A stretch of DNA of 45,759 nt from a virus (IMGVR_UViG_3300012940_000040:1-45759), one strand, 5' to 3'; shown: positions 24,991 through 35,335, counted from the stretch's first letter. Notes: generated from the letters alone by a model not told the origin. Program-made: numbers and translations.

Positions 24991-27129
24991 ATGAAAAAAA
25001 TATATTTGGGTAAATTTGCAAAATATTTGGAAAGTTTGTACGAAGGCTTACAAGTCACTTCAATAAAAAAAAGTGAAAGCTATTCTGATGCTTATGAAAT
25101 TTATTTTAGTTATGAAGGTGAGTTAAGGTTAAGAATTTTAAATTCATTAGAAGATCAAGTTGAAACTTCTCTTGGTGAATATTTATATGATATTTCAGTT
25201 GAACTAGATAGTGAAGCAAGAGTAAAAAATGAAAATAGTTCCTTATCATATGGCATTATTAGTTTAGGCTTTAATGATAAAAAAGTTAAAATTTTTGAAG
25301 CTGAAGGGTTTGAAGATAAAAATGAATCAATATTTGCTAAAAAATTTAATCATTTTATCAGTCATTTATGGAAAAATAATATTGAAAAAATGATTGTTAA
25401 AAAGATATACAAATACAAAAGATTAATTGTTAAAGACCCGGCAAAAGGTAAAGAATATTTGAATGACCTTTATTTAAACAATAAGGATTTAATTGATTCT
25501 AATGCTTCTTTAGAGTTTAAAGATGAATTAAGTAAACTTATAAATGATTATAAGGGAGAAGAACAATTAAATGAATTGCAGGATGGCACTAAATATTTTA
25601 ATAAAAAAACTAAAAAATTATATTCAGATGCTAATTACTTTGGTGAATCTATTAATAATAATAAAATGAATAATAAAAATTTAGAGTTAATTAAAAGAAT
25701 TGATAATTTCTTTTATATTGCAGAAAATGAAAGTGCTTTGAATAATTGGGAAGATTATAAAAAAAGTATTTTAAAAGAATCTAACATTAAAACATGGGAA
25801 GAATATGCTGAAGTTTCTTCTTTAAATGAAGAAATTAAAACAGCTACGGGATTGTTTAGATTACATAATTTAATGCCTAGAGCAGAACTTTTTTTACAAA
25901 AAGAAAATTATTTATACAGACCTACAAAAGATTATTGTTATAAAGTAGGTTTAATTTTTAATCCTTATGCTGACAAAGAAGGTAATATTTTCTTTGACGA
26001 TGAAAACGTTGCTAAACAATATGCAGATAGTTCAAGAGGTAAATATGAGTATATTGGCAAAGAAAATATAAATGAATCAGTACAACTTAATGAGGATAAT
26101 GATACTGAATATGTAAATGTTAGAATTTCATCTACTAGAGGTAAAATTTCTAAATTAATAGGCAGTAAGATTATAGAAGAATTAAGGGATGGTTTTGATA
26201 TTGAAAAAGGTCAAATAAAAATTAAACCAGTTGAAAGTGTAATATTAGTTAGTAAATTGCCTTTAGCTGATTTGGTGCCTTTAAACAAAAGTATGCAAGC
26301 AATTAATCCAGCATTAGATACTAAAATGATTGGTTTTTATTCTGGTGATAAATATTTTAATGCTGAAAAAGGTGAGTATGCAGATTTACATGAAGATGAA
26401 AGTTTAAAAGATAAAAAATTCGATAAAGTTATGGGTGAATTTGGTGATGGTAAATTAAAAACTGGTTCTGGTAAAAAAGTTACTAATCAAAAGCAAGCTA
26501 TTGCAATAGCGTATTCTGAAAGTGGGAAAGATAAAATGAACGAATGTGATTGTAATGATGATGTTGCAAAAGAAGCTAAAAATGCTCATATTGAACCTTA
26601 TGAAGATTGGAAAGAATTAAAAGATACTGAAGTTTTAAACGAAGAAACTACTACTGCTGATATAGCTATACCTGCTTTACCTGTAATGCCAGTAGTTAAA
26701 AGAATAGATGAAGCAACCTTTGAAACTTCTTATAAAAATGAAATTAATGATTTAGTTTCAGATGGTAGTTTTGAAAAAAAATTATTAAACTTTGACCCTT
26801 ATAAGAATGCTAGTAATGTAGTTAAAGGAAGCAAGACAGAAATTAAAAAGAAATTTGATTGTTTATTTGAAAAGTATTCTATTAAAGATCATAATTTAAA
26901 AGAGAAGAAAATTGACAAGTTTTCTGTTTTAATTGAGAATGATTATAAAGAATCAAAAATTGTTTCCTTTGGAAAAAAAGATTTTGCTAAATACATTTTT
27001 GAAAATAAAAATGTAAAAAATTATATTAAAGAAGGAAAATTTGATTATTTTAGATACATGAATAATCAAACTCATGGTTCAACGCATTCTTTGATTAGAG
27101 AATATTTTGAAGCTAAATTATCAAAATAA
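24991..27129 (+). CDS. Mosaic hypothetical protein, probable internal head protein; includes a DUF6496-like segment
   Basis: Many [IL]-x-E sites (QLNE twice, ILKE, SLNE, NINE, VLNE) and the segment KVMGEFGDGKLKTGSGKKVTNQKQAIAIAYSE. Confidence 0.7.
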   Translation: MKKIYLGKFAKYLESLYEGLQVTSIKKSESYSDAYEIYFSYEGELRLRILNSLEDQVETSLGEYLYDISVELDSEARVKNENSSLSYGIISLGFNDKKVKIFEAEGFEDKNESIFAKKFNHFISHLWKNNIEKMIVKKIYKYKRLIVKDPAKGKEYLNDLYLNNKDLIDSNASLEFKDELSKLINDYKGEEQLNELQDGTKYFNKKTKKLYSDANYFGESINNNKMNNKNLELIKRIDNFFYIAENESALNNWEDYKKSILKESNIKTWEEYAEVSSLNEEIKTATGLFRLHNLMPRAELFLQKENYLYRPTKDYCYKVGLIFNPYADKEGNIFFDDENVAKQYADSSRGKYEYIGKENINESVQLNEDNDTEYVNVRISSTRGKISKLIGSKIIEELRDGFDIEKGQIKIKPVESVILVSKLPLADLVPLNKSMQAINPALDTKMIGFYSGDKYFNAEKGEYADLHEDESLKDKKFDKVMGEFGDGKLKTGSGKKVTNQKQAIAIAYSESGKDKMNECDCNDDVAKEAKNAHIEPYEDWKELKDTEVLNEETTTADIAIPALPVMPVVKRIDEATFETSYKNEINDLVSDGSFEKKLLNFDPYKNASNVVKGSKTEIKKKFDCLFEKYSIKDHNLKEKKIDKFSVLIENDYKESKIVSFGKKDFAKYIFENKNVKNYIKEGKFDYFRYMNNQTHGSTHSLIREYFEAKLSK

Positions 27130-27213
27130 TAATCAAACATTATTCAAAACATTATAAATTAATCATTTTTATTTAATACACTATTTAAAATATTAAAATT
27201 GCACATAAAAGAA

Positions 27214-28938
27214 ATGAAATTTCCTAAAAGCATAAATTTTTCTAACGTTAACGTAAAAAAAATATTCGAACCTACATCAAAAGAATATAAAGCATTATTG
27301 GCTTTAAATGATGAAGGTGAATGGAAAGATTATATAAATGAGATGCTAACTTTAGGCATTTCAGTTGTTTATGATGCAAGTGGTGACTTTTTTATAGTTA
27401 AACCAGTAGCTTTCAAAGAAAATAACAATAAAATGTATTCAAAAGGTAAAAAATTAAATTTAAGCGATTTTCAGTTCTTAAATGAAGATTTCGATAAAAA
27501 ATATCTTTTACATGATGATGATGAAGAAACGGAAAATTTATCAGACAATAATGTAGATATTGAAACATCAGTTAATGATTTAATACATTTAGATGATCAA
27601 GATGTAGAATTAGCTACTCCTGAAACAGCAGAAGAATTAGTTCCATCTGATGATATTCCACAACAACCTACTTCAACATTGACTGTTCAAGATATTGAAA
27701 ATATAGTTAAGCAATTTTTAACAGGTCAACAATCTACATCTGATAAACAAACTTCTGTTCCAGATACTTTAGCTACAGGCGAAGCATCTACAGTTAATCA
27801 AGACGTAGAAGGTGATTTGGATGTATTGGAATCTGAATTTGCAGAAAATCAATCTAAAATTAATGTTGTTGAAAATAAAATAGAAAATGATGAAAGTTAT
27901 TTAGATATTTTAAATGGCGATTATATTGGTGAAACTGAATCAATTGAAATACCGTTAGCAGCAGAAGGTAGTCAAGTAATGGAGCCTACTTCTGCTATTA
28001 ATGACAATTTATCGACTGTAGGTTCTGAATTTGATATTTATGAACAACCAGATGAAGAAGAAGAACCTGAAATTATTAAGGAAGGCCCTGAAGATGAATT
28101 AGATATTGTTGAGCCAGTTGATTATGAAGATGGTGATTTAGATTTAGTTGAACCAGAAATTGAACCTGAAGTAGTTCCTAATAACTCAATTATTAATGTT
28201 GGCGGTACTCCTATAAAAATTCAAATAACTGGATGGCTAATTACAATGCCAGAAGTTAATACATTAGTTGAAGCTGTTAAAAAGAATAAAGCTAAATTAA
28301 GAAAACTTGAATCTAATAACGATAAAGAATTATTTTTGTATATTGAGTGCAATAATAAAATTTATAAAATAAGATATGAAGATAGACCTAAAGTTGAATT
28401 ATCACGTCCGTGGTCTATTAAAGGTAAAAAGTTTGCCTCTATAAATGAGGCTATATCTATGGTAAGAAATAGAAAACTTGTAAATGATAAAGAAAAATAT
28501 TTTAAAGATTTAATTGCTACAGATAAAGATTTAAGTTCAAGAACATTATCAAATTTAAAAGAAGCAAATATTTTTGAAGATTTTAGAAACGATAAAAATA
28601 GTGTAAATTATGTACCAGGATGGAATATTAAGCATGTAGGTGCTTTAGATTTAAAAAAAGGTTTAAACGAAGTTTTCAGTAATATAACACAACATAATAG
28701 TAAAGATAAAAATACATTATTTAAAACAAAAGATGGTAAATATTTTTTAATAAAAGGAAATTTAGGTGAAGCCAGCCAAAAAGGTGAAAAGAGACAATTA
28801 GTAGATTTAGAAGGGAAAAAAGAATATGGTATAGGACAAGTAGTAGGATTGTATGAAAACACATATAAAGGTTTAGGACAAGTTATGTATAAAATTCAAA
28901 GAACATCGATACCCTTATTAGTTTGGAAAAGAAAATAA
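27214..28938 (+). CDS. Hypothetical protein with an acidic disordered centre (ATG 27214 preferred to TTG 27199)
   Basis: Long ORF after TATTTAAA (27182-27189) with FLNE, IIKE and NLKE sites. Confidence 0.8.
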   Translation: MKFPKSINFSNVNVKKIFEPTSKEYKALLALNDEGEWKDYINEMLTLGISVVYDASGDFFIVKPVAFKENNNKMYSKGKKLNLSDFQFLNEDFDKKYLLHDDDEETENLSDNNVDIETSVNDLIHLDDQDVELATPETAEELVPSDDIPQQPTSTLTVQDIENIVKQFLTGQQSTSDKQTSVPDTLATGEASTVNQDVEGDLDVLESEFAENQSKINVVENKIENDESYLDILNGDYIGETESIEIPLAAEGSQVMEPTSAINDNLSTVGSEFDIYEQPDEEEEPEIIKEGPEDELDIVEPVDYEDGDLDLVEPEIEPEVVPNNSIINVGGTPIKIQITGWLITMPEVNTLVEAVKKNKAKLRKLESNNDKELFLYIECNNKIYKIRYEDRPKVELSRPWSIKGKKFASINEAISMVRNRKLVNDKEKYFKDLIATDKDLSSRTLSNLKEANIFEDFRNDKNSVNYVPGWNIKHVGALDLKKGLNEVFSNITQHNSKDKNTLFKTKDGKYFLIKGNLGEASQKGEKRQLVDLEGKKEYGIGQVVGLYENTYKGLGQVMYKIQRTSIPLLVWKRK

Positions 28939-28960
28939 AAAAAAAAGAAAATAAAAATTT

Positions 28961-28986
28961 AAAAGGCTGTTTTTCAGCCTTTTTTT
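28961..28986 (+). terminator. Intrinsic terminator
   Basis: AAAAGGCTG-TTTTT-CAGCCTTTTTTT. Confidence 0.8.
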
Positions 28987-29012
28987 ATTATTTAAAAAAT
29001 AAATTTAGCTAA

Positions 29013-29774
29013 ATGTTTAAAAAAATTACAGATTTCTATGATAAAAATAAAAGTAAAATTAATATAGTTGTAATTGTATTTTTGATTTTATTGTCTATAA
29101 TTGGCATAAGAGGTTGTATTAATAATAATATAGTTGCAAAAAATTTAAAAATTGCTAATGATTCTCTTAATATGAAAATATTGGAATATGTAGATGAAAA
29201 TAATAATATTCATGCACGAGTAAGAGAATTAGAATTGTCTAAAAATGAATTAAATTCATTAAATGAAAACTTAAAAAACCATTATATTAATAAAATTGAT
29301 TCTTTAGCTAAAGTACTTAATGTAAAAAATAAAGAAATTCAAAATTATATAATAATTATTGCAAAATCTACTGGCACTGGTAAAGGAAGAATAGATACAA
29401 TCTATCAACCATCTAAAGCAAATGGAATTGATACAAGTTATAAGTTCAATTCTAATGATGGTTTTTTAGTTTATAATGGTATCTTGAATAAAGGAGGTTT
29501 AACATATGATTATGAATATACAATGTTATTAAATGCAGTAAGAATTTCTAAAAATAAAGGATTTTTAGGTTTAAATAAAGAATATTATTGGGATATATCT
29601 ACAAATAATAAAAATGCTAAGATAATTGGATTAGAACAATTTTCTCAAACACCAGTAAGTAAGTTAAAAAGATTTTCAATGGTTGTAGGGCCTTCAGTTG
29701 GCTTAACCAATAATTTTAATTTTGGTTTTCAACCAATAACGGTGACTATAGGTTTAAAAATTGTTGATTTTTAA
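29013..29774 (+). CDS. Membrane-anchored coiled-coil protein, spanin-like candidate
   Basis: N-terminal TM helix, coiled coil, and C-terminal amphipathic beta segments ending in Phe. Confidence 0.5.
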   Translation: MFKKITDFYDKNKSKINIVVIVFLILLSIIGIRGCINNNIVAKNLKIANDSLNMKILEYVDENNNIHARVRELELSKNELNSLNENLKNHYINKIDSLAKVLNVKNKEIQNYIIIIAKSTGTGKGRIDTIYQPSKANGIDTSYKFNSNDGFLVYNGILNKGGLTYDYEYTMLLNAVRISKNKGFLGLNKEYYWDISTNNKNAKIIGLEQFSQTPVSKLKRFSMVVGPSVGLTNNFNFGFQPITVTIGLKIVDF

Positions 29775-29776
29775 TC

Positions 29777-29805
29777 AAAAAGCTAGTATTTAAACTAGCT
29801 TTTTT
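29777..29805 (+). terminator. Intrinsic terminator containing TATTTAAA in its loop
   Basis: AAAAAGCTAGT-ATTTAA-ACTAGCTTTTTT. Confidence 0.75.
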
Positions 29806-29862
29806 TATTCTGTTTAAAATATATCTGATATATAAAGTATTATAAAAAAGGTTATTTTAATA

Positions 29863-31749
29863 ATGAAATTAACAAAGGAATATTTATTGTCTTTAGAAAA
29901 TAATCAAAAATTAAAAGAGCAAGAAATTTTTAAGGAATTTTATAATTGTAAAACTAATCCTAGATATTGTATTGAAACTTATTTCTCTGTAGTTGCTGGT
30001 GCTAATAGAGTTCCATTTAAATTATTCCCTCACCAAATAAAAACGTTAGATGCTTATGAAAAGTATCAAAACGTTATAACTATGAAAACAAGACAGATGG
30101 GTTTCACTACCTTTACTGGTGCTTGGATAGCATGGAATATGATGACAAAAAATAATTTCCATGTATTAATTATTTCTAAAAGATTGGATGATACTAAAAA
30201 ATTTATTGCTGAAATAAAGGCTATAATTGATGAAGTAATAAAGGAATATCCGTGGTTATGTAGAGGTTATGTAGAGGGGCATAATAATAAAACATATTTT
30301 AAATTAGAAAAAACTAATTCTACTCTTACAGGCCAATCAACTACAGATGATGCAGGTCGTGGATTTTCTGCTATTAATGCATTAGTGATTGATGAGGTGG
30401 CGTTTATTGATCGTAAAAGCCCTGAAAAGATGAATGAAATTGTTGCGGCGGCAGGTATTGCTTTGACTACTGTAAGAGGTAAAATGATTGCAATTTCTAC
30501 TCCAAAAGGTCAATCAGGATGGTATTATGACACATATAACAATGCTGATAAAAAAGGTTTTAGAATAGTTAATGCTCACTGGACTGAACATCCTAACTAC
30601 AAAAAAGGAACTTATAAATGGATTAAAGACCCTAATAAACCAGCAGGAGGATATATTAAATTTTTAGATCAATCATGGCCTGATCAAGTATTCGATGTTG
30701 CTACAGGTATGTATATTGAATTAAAAAAGGATGAATATCAATTTGTGTTAGATGGTAAAATTAGAAGTCCGTGGTATGATTTTGAATCAAGAAGATTAGG
30801 GCCTGAAAGAACAAGATGTGAATTAGATTGTTCTTTTATGGGAACAGGTGGTGAGGTTCTTGATGCTGATACTTTAAGAGAATTACAACTATTTTTAGAA
30901 AATTCAGCATATAAAGAATTTTCTAATCCTTTTGCTCATATTAATGGAATTTATAGAGAATATAAAGAATATATAGAACCTGTTGTGGGAAGGAGATATG
31001 TTTTATCTGCTGACGTTGCTACTGGTGACGGTTCAGATTATTCAGCTTTTACTATTATTGATGTTGAAACATTAGATATATGTGGAACTTTTAAGGCACA
31101 ATTAATACCTGATGCTTTTGGTAAACTTATATATATGGTTGGTAAAAGATTTGGTTTTTGTCCTGTAATTGTGGAAAATGCTGGTGGTGGTGGTACTACT
31201 TTACAGACATTAAAACAAGATGGTTATCCAAATATATACTATTCTATATTAAGAAAAAATGACCCTTCAACTGGTATGAAGAAAAGAAAAATAGGTTTAT
31301 GGCCTTCTGAAGAAGTAAGATGGCAAGGTGGAGATAGATTAGAACAGGTAATTAGATTATTTCAACTAAAAATACATTGTAAAGATATTTTAACTGAATT
31401 AAATACTTGGATTTGGGATAAAGATGGTAAACGCCGCCACGCTCCTGAAAAAAATGATGACTTAATTATGGCTGCTCAACATGGAATTTATTATATTTAT
31501 TATGTTATTAAAAGAGCGGATAGAAATCGTGAATTACAAGCATTAGTTTCCAGCGTTAAAAGAAATGGCGTTTCTATTAAAAAAATTGAATCTACAAATA
31601 ATTATTCTGGATTAGGTGGCATGATAACAAATGTTGAAGAAACTAATAGTACAAATAAATTTTTATATAAATATCGTGATAATTATGCCAATTTTAATGT
31701 AGATAAAGAAAGTGGTATGAATTTGCAACGTAGAGGTATGATACTTTAA
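29863..31749 (+). CDS. Terminase large subunit (T4 gp17-like)
   Basis: FKLFPHQ, Walker A KTRQMGFTT, Walker B LVIDEVAF, ISTP, and nuclease motifs ADVATG..DYSAF and DDLIMA. Confidence 0.95.
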   Translation: MKLTKEYLLSLENNQKLKEQEIFKEFYNCKTNPRYCIETYFSVVAGANRVPFKLFPHQIKTLDAYEKYQNVITMKTRQMGFTTFTGAWIAWNMMTKNNFHVLIISKRLDDTKKFIAEIKAIIDEVIKEYPWLCRGYVEGHNNKTYFKLEKTNSTLTGQSTTDDAGRGFSAINALVIDEVAFIDRKSPEKMNEIVAAAGIALTTVRGKMIAISTPKGQSGWYYDTYNNADKKGFRIVNAHWTEHPNYKKGTYKWIKDPNKPAGGYIKFLDQSWPDQVFDVATGMYIELKKDEYQFVLDGKIRSPWYDFESRRLGPERTRCELDCSFMGTGGEVLDADTLRELQLFLENSAYKEFSNPFAHINGIYREYKEYIEPVVGRRYVLSADVATGDGSDYSAFTIIDVETLDICGTFKAQLIPDAFGKLIYMVGKRFGFCPVIVENAGGGGTTLQTLKQDGYPNIYYSILRKNDPSTGMKKRKIGLWPSEEVRWQGGDRLEQVIRLFQLKIHCKDILTELNTWIWDKDGKRRHAPEKNDDLIMAAQHGIYYIYYVIKRADRNRELQALVSSVKRNGVSIKKIESTNNYSGLGGMITNVEETNSTNKFLYKYRDNYANFNVDKESGMNLQRRGMIL

Positions 31750-31797
31750 AACTATAATATTTAAAAAAAAAGTTTGATTATTAAAAATATATCATAA

Positions 31798-32508
31798 ATG
31801 AATTTTAAGTCTATTTTAGAAAAGATTTTTGAGAAGATTAAAAATACTAGCGATAAACAAGCTAGAGAAAAGGCATATAATTATTTGGAGGAATCTATTT
31901 CTAAAAATTACATATATAAGCATCAGTTTGAATTATTAAAGTTTTTAGAAGAAAATAAAGGTAAAATTAAAAATTCAGCTAAACTTCAAGATTTAATTGA
32001 TAAAGTAAATGGTAAAAATTACAAATTCATAAAAGAGAATAAAAACATTAATAGTTTAAAGGTGTGGCAAGAAAATAAAAAATTGCTTGAATACTTTAAT
32101 ATTAATCCAAATGAAATTATTCCTAGTGTTTTGGATAAAGCTATTGACATTAATGCTGATAAAAAATTGAATGAGTATGCTATTAAATCGTATATTGGTA
32201 AAGTAAGAAAAGTTAATCCATTAAATGAAATATACAAAACTTTAGTTAAAAATAAATCAGTTAAGGAATTAAATAAAGCTATGAAAAAAGTTAGAATTAT
32301 AGCTGAAAAATTAAGTGGAAAAGATCAAGTTTTTGTATATGAAAGTTTATCTAAATTAAGAGAATTAAAAGAAAGTAATTTTGATGAAACAGTTAAAAAA
32401 TTATATAAATTACATTTACTAACTGAAAATTTATTAAAAGAATTTCAGACAGAAATACCTAATGAAAATTTAGAAGTTTCTGAAGAACCTGAAAATAATA
32501 TTGCTTAA
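31798..32508 (+). CDS. Hypothetical head-module protein
   Basis: 236-aa helical ORF after TATTTAAA (31758-31765). Confidence 0.75.
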   Translation: MNFKSILEKIFEKIKNTSDKQAREKAYNYLEESISKNYIYKHQFELLKFLEENKGKIKNSAKLQDLIDKVNGKNYKFIKENKNINSLKVWQENKKLLEYFNINPNEIIPSVLDKAIDINADKKLNEYAIKSYIGKVRKVNPLNEIYKTLVKNKSVKELNKAMKKVRIIAEKLSGKDQVFVYESLSKLRELKESNFDETVKKLYKLHLLTENLLKEFQTEIPNENLEVSEEPENNIA

Positions 32509-32511
32509 TTA

Positions 32512-33315
32512 ATGAAATTAAATTTTCCAGATTTTTTATTGGAGAAGGAAATACATGTACCTGAATTAGTCGTAAAAGGTAGTTCAATAAAAAGAATATT
32601 GGAAGAATATTCTGTAAATTATTTAAAAGAAAATAGTAATAAAATGTTAAATAAAAAAATTTTAAAAGAAGATGTAACACCAGATTCGGAAAAAAGACAA
32701 CAGTTAATGAGTTTAACTGTTGGTGTTGAAGAAGCTGTTTTAAAACTTTATAAATTTGCCGTAACAGATCAAAATGTAGATAATTCATTGGTTTCAGTTA
32801 TTAATAAATTAAAATCACATGTAAGTAAATTTGTTAATGCTATTGATGCTAGAGAAACTAAAGAAGAAGAAGTAGAAGAACAAAAAATTGATTTAAATCA
32901 ACCTTCTGAAGAAAATAGGAAAGATTTTATTGAAAGCGAAGAAGTTGAAGATTCTGAATATTCTGAAGAAGGGAAAGAAGTAATAAATGAAAATAAAAAT
33001 CTTAATCTGAAAGAAAATAAGATTTGGAAGGTTTCAGTAGATATTTCTGATGAAGTTAAAGGATTGATAGAATGTTATGGAACTAATGGTTTTAAATCTA
33101 AAAAAACTAAACAAAGTTTAAAAAAATTAACTGAATCTTTAAAATCTAACTTAGATTTATTAAAAGAAAATATTGGTCAACAAGAAACTGCATTATTTGA
33201 AGAATTTGTAGATGATATTGGTGCATCTGATTCCGAAGGAGAATTTGAAGCAAATTATTCAAGAATGACTGAATGGGCTAATAAGGGTAAAAAAATCTAT
33301 ATTAATATTGATTAA
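32512..33315 (+). CDS. Hypothetical head-module protein
   Basis: 267 aa with several ILEE, YLKE, ILKE, VINE and NLKE sites. Confidence 0.75.
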   Translation: MKLNFPDFLLEKEIHVPELVVKGSSIKRILEEYSVNYLKENSNKMLNKKILKEDVTPDSEKRQQLMSLTVGVEEAVLKLYKFAVTDQNVDNSLVSVINKLKSHVSKFVNAIDARETKEEEVEEQKIDLNQPSEENRKDFIESEEVEDSEYSEEGKEVINENKNLNLKENKIWKVSVDISDEVKGLIECYGTNGFKSKKTKQSLKKLTESLKSNLDLLKENIGQQETALFEEFVDDIGASDSEGEFEANYSRMTEWANKGKKIYINID

Positions 33316-33753
33316 ATGGAAAAAAAAATAAAATATTATATAAAATTGCTTGAAAAATATTCTTCTAAAAAAGTTTTTTTAAAAGAAGCTGATGAAGCAA
33401 CAAAAAATCAGGCAGTTAATAATTTGCAATTTATTAAAACATCTATTGGTAATGTTTTAAGTAAAATTGAAGAATTACAAGATATACCTATTTTAACTAA
33501 AGAAAGGAATATTACTTTAAATAAAATTTCTAGTTCATTAGGTAAGATTGATCAAGAAATTGATGGTTTAATTGAAGAAATAACCGCTACAAGAACTTCG
33601 GAACAAGAAAAACCATTAGATGAAGATGTTTCTATGTCAACTGATGATATTATAAGAAATCCACAAGTTGTTAAAAAATTATCTGACAATAAAGTTGATA
33701 TAAAAGTTAAAGATAAAAATATGAAAAGTAGTAGTTCATCTGCATATGGATAA
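33316..33753 (+). CDS. Hypothetical head-module protein with the shared N-terminal peptide cassette
   Basis: MEKKIKYYIKLLEKYSSKKVFLKE resembles the cassette in ORFs 34676, 42971 and 44679. Confidence 0.75.
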   Translation: MEKKIKYYIKLLEKYSSKKVFLKEADEATKNQAVNNLQFIKTSIGNVLSKIEELQDIPILTKERNITLNKISSSLGKIDQEIDGLIEEITATRTSEQEKPLDEDVSMSTDDIIRNPQVVKKLSDNKVDIKVKDKNMKSSSSSAYG

Positions 33754-33816
33754 TTTAGCAACGTTGAATTTTTAATTCAACTTGATACATTTAAAAAAAA
33801 AATTATTTCAAAAATT

Positions 33817-33852
33817 AAAACCATTAGAAATTTATTTCTAGTGGTTTTTTTT
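33817..33852 (+). terminator. Intrinsic terminator
   Basis: AAAACCATTAGAAAT-TT-ATTTCTAGTGGTTTTTTTT. Confidence 0.8.
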
Positions 33853-33894
33853 ATTTTTAATATTTAAAAGTTAAATAAAATTTTTGTAATAAAA

Positions 33895-34671
33895 ATGAAT
33901 CAACATAATAAAAGAAAAGAAAGACAGGTATTGCTTGAAAATAGTAAAAAGTCTTATGGTGAATATTTATTAGAAGTGGATGGTGGTGAAAGCATGATTG
34001 AAAAAGCTAAAAAAAATCCTGATATTCCAATTTATTTAGTTGGTATTATTCAAAAAGGCGATACTCCTAATAGAAATGGTAGAATTTATCCATTCTCAAT
34101 TTTAAAAAAAGAATGTGATAGGTATATGAATGAAGAAATAAAAGACGGTCAATCTTATGGTGAATTAGATCATCCAGCAGAATCAACAGTACCAGAATTG
34201 AAAAATGCAGCTATGACACTGGAAGATATTTGGTATAAAGGGCTTGAAGTATGGGGTAGAGTAAAATTATTAAATGCTTATATGCCTGAAGTTGCTCCCG
34301 GTAAACTTGCTCGTGGTATTATTTTAAATGGGAAAACTATAGGTATATCAAGTAGGGCATTAGGTTCTGTTTATCAAGATCAAACTGGATATGATGTTGT
34401 TGAAGATGATTTGGAATTGATTTGTTGGGATTTAGTAAGTCGCCCTTCTACTTACGATGCTAATTTAAGAATAACTGAAAGTAAATCTAATAAAGGTAAA
34501 ATTAATACTAATATTTTAACTGAATCAAAATGTTTTGGTGGCAATTGTAATATAAAAACTTCAAAACAAATTATTAAAGGTAAAAAAATTGAAGCATTAA
34601 CTGAATCTGAAAAAATTTATTTGGATATTTTAGGTATTGAAAAATTTTTACAGATAAAAAATAAATTATAA
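33895..34671 (+). CDS. Prohead core protease (T4 gp21-like, peptidase S77)
   Basis: NRNGRIYP, GELDHP, GISSRALGS and WDLVSRPST. Confidence 0.95.
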   Translation: MNQHNKRKERQVLLENSKKSYGEYLLEVDGGESMIEKAKKNPDIPIYLVGIIQKGDTPNRNGRIYPFSILKKECDRYMNEEIKDGQSYGELDHPAESTVPELKNAAMTLEDIWYKGLEVWGRVKLLNAYMPEVAPGKLARGIILNGKTIGISSRALGSVYQDQTGYDVVEDDLELICWDLVSRPSTYDANLRITESKSNKGKINTNILTESKCFGGNCNIKTSKQIIKGKKIEALTESEKIYLDILGIEKFLQIKNKL

Positions 34672-34675
34672 TAAA

Positions 34676-35257
34676 ATGGAAAATAAAAATAAAACTATTT
34701 CTTTAAAAGAAAACACTGTGTCTAGTGCTATTCAAAAAGCAGAAAGAGAAATTAGATTTGCTATGAAAAAAGGCGATTTAGTTGCTGCTAGAAAATTAAA
34801 AATGAAATTAAAAAGTGATTTAGAATCAGCAGGATATAATTGGAAACAAGACCCTTACGCTGTTGATTTAATTCAAGAAGCAGCTAAAATTAAAGAAAAA
34901 TCAAAAGCAACACCAAAAAAACAAAATTCTAGTAAAAAAACTATTGAAGAAAGAAAAATAGCTATTTTAACCAAAAAAATTGAAGAAGCAACTGGTAAAA
35001 AAGTTATTTTTAAAGAAGCTGGATATTCTGGACAATTACAAAAAAGAATTGATACTATTAATGCTTCTGAACAAGGATTAGGGGGTAGTGGTTTTACTAT
35101 TAAACCTAGTATTGACGGAGCAGGTGCCAATATATTTTTAACAAATCCAAAGGGAGAAGGTGGAATTAGTTTATTTCGCGGTAGTGTTAAAGAGGCAGAT
35201 ATTTTTGTTCAAGGTATGTTTTCTGCTTTAAGAATAAAAAATGGTTTTGTAAAATAA
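34676..35257 (+). CDS. Hypothetical head-module protein with an internal copy of the shared cassette
   Basis: SLKE and LIQE sites plus EERKIAILTKKIEEATGKKVIFKE. Confidence 0.8.
   Translation: MENKNKTISLKENTVSSAIQKAEREIRFAMKKGDLVAARKLKMKLKSDLESAGYNWKQDPYAVDLIQEAAKIKEKSKATPKKQNSSKKTIEERKIAILTKKIEEATGKKVIFKEAGYSGQLQKRIDTINASEQGLGGSGFTIKPSIDGAGANIFLTNPKGEGGISLFRGSVKEADIFVQGMFSALRIKNGFVK
34946..35017 (+). repeat. 72-bp in-frame dispersed repeat, copy 1
   Basis: 66/72 nt identical to 42980-43051 by manual alignment. Confidence 0.9.
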
Positions 35258-35301
35258 AATTATTGAAAGAAAGTAAAATATATATTTTAACTAAAAAACT
35301 T

Positions 35302-35335
35302 AAAAGAATCATCAATTTGATGGTTCTTTTTTTTT
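35302..35335 (+). terminator. Intrinsic terminator
   Basis: AAAAGAATCATCA-ATT-TGATGGTTCTTTTTTTTT. Confidence 0.75.

Noticed and set aside
29863-31749. Intein or intron in terminase, helicase or thyA
   Set aside because: Lengths are near normal, the ORFs are uninterrupted, and no intein splice-junction or LAGLIDADG motifs were seen.
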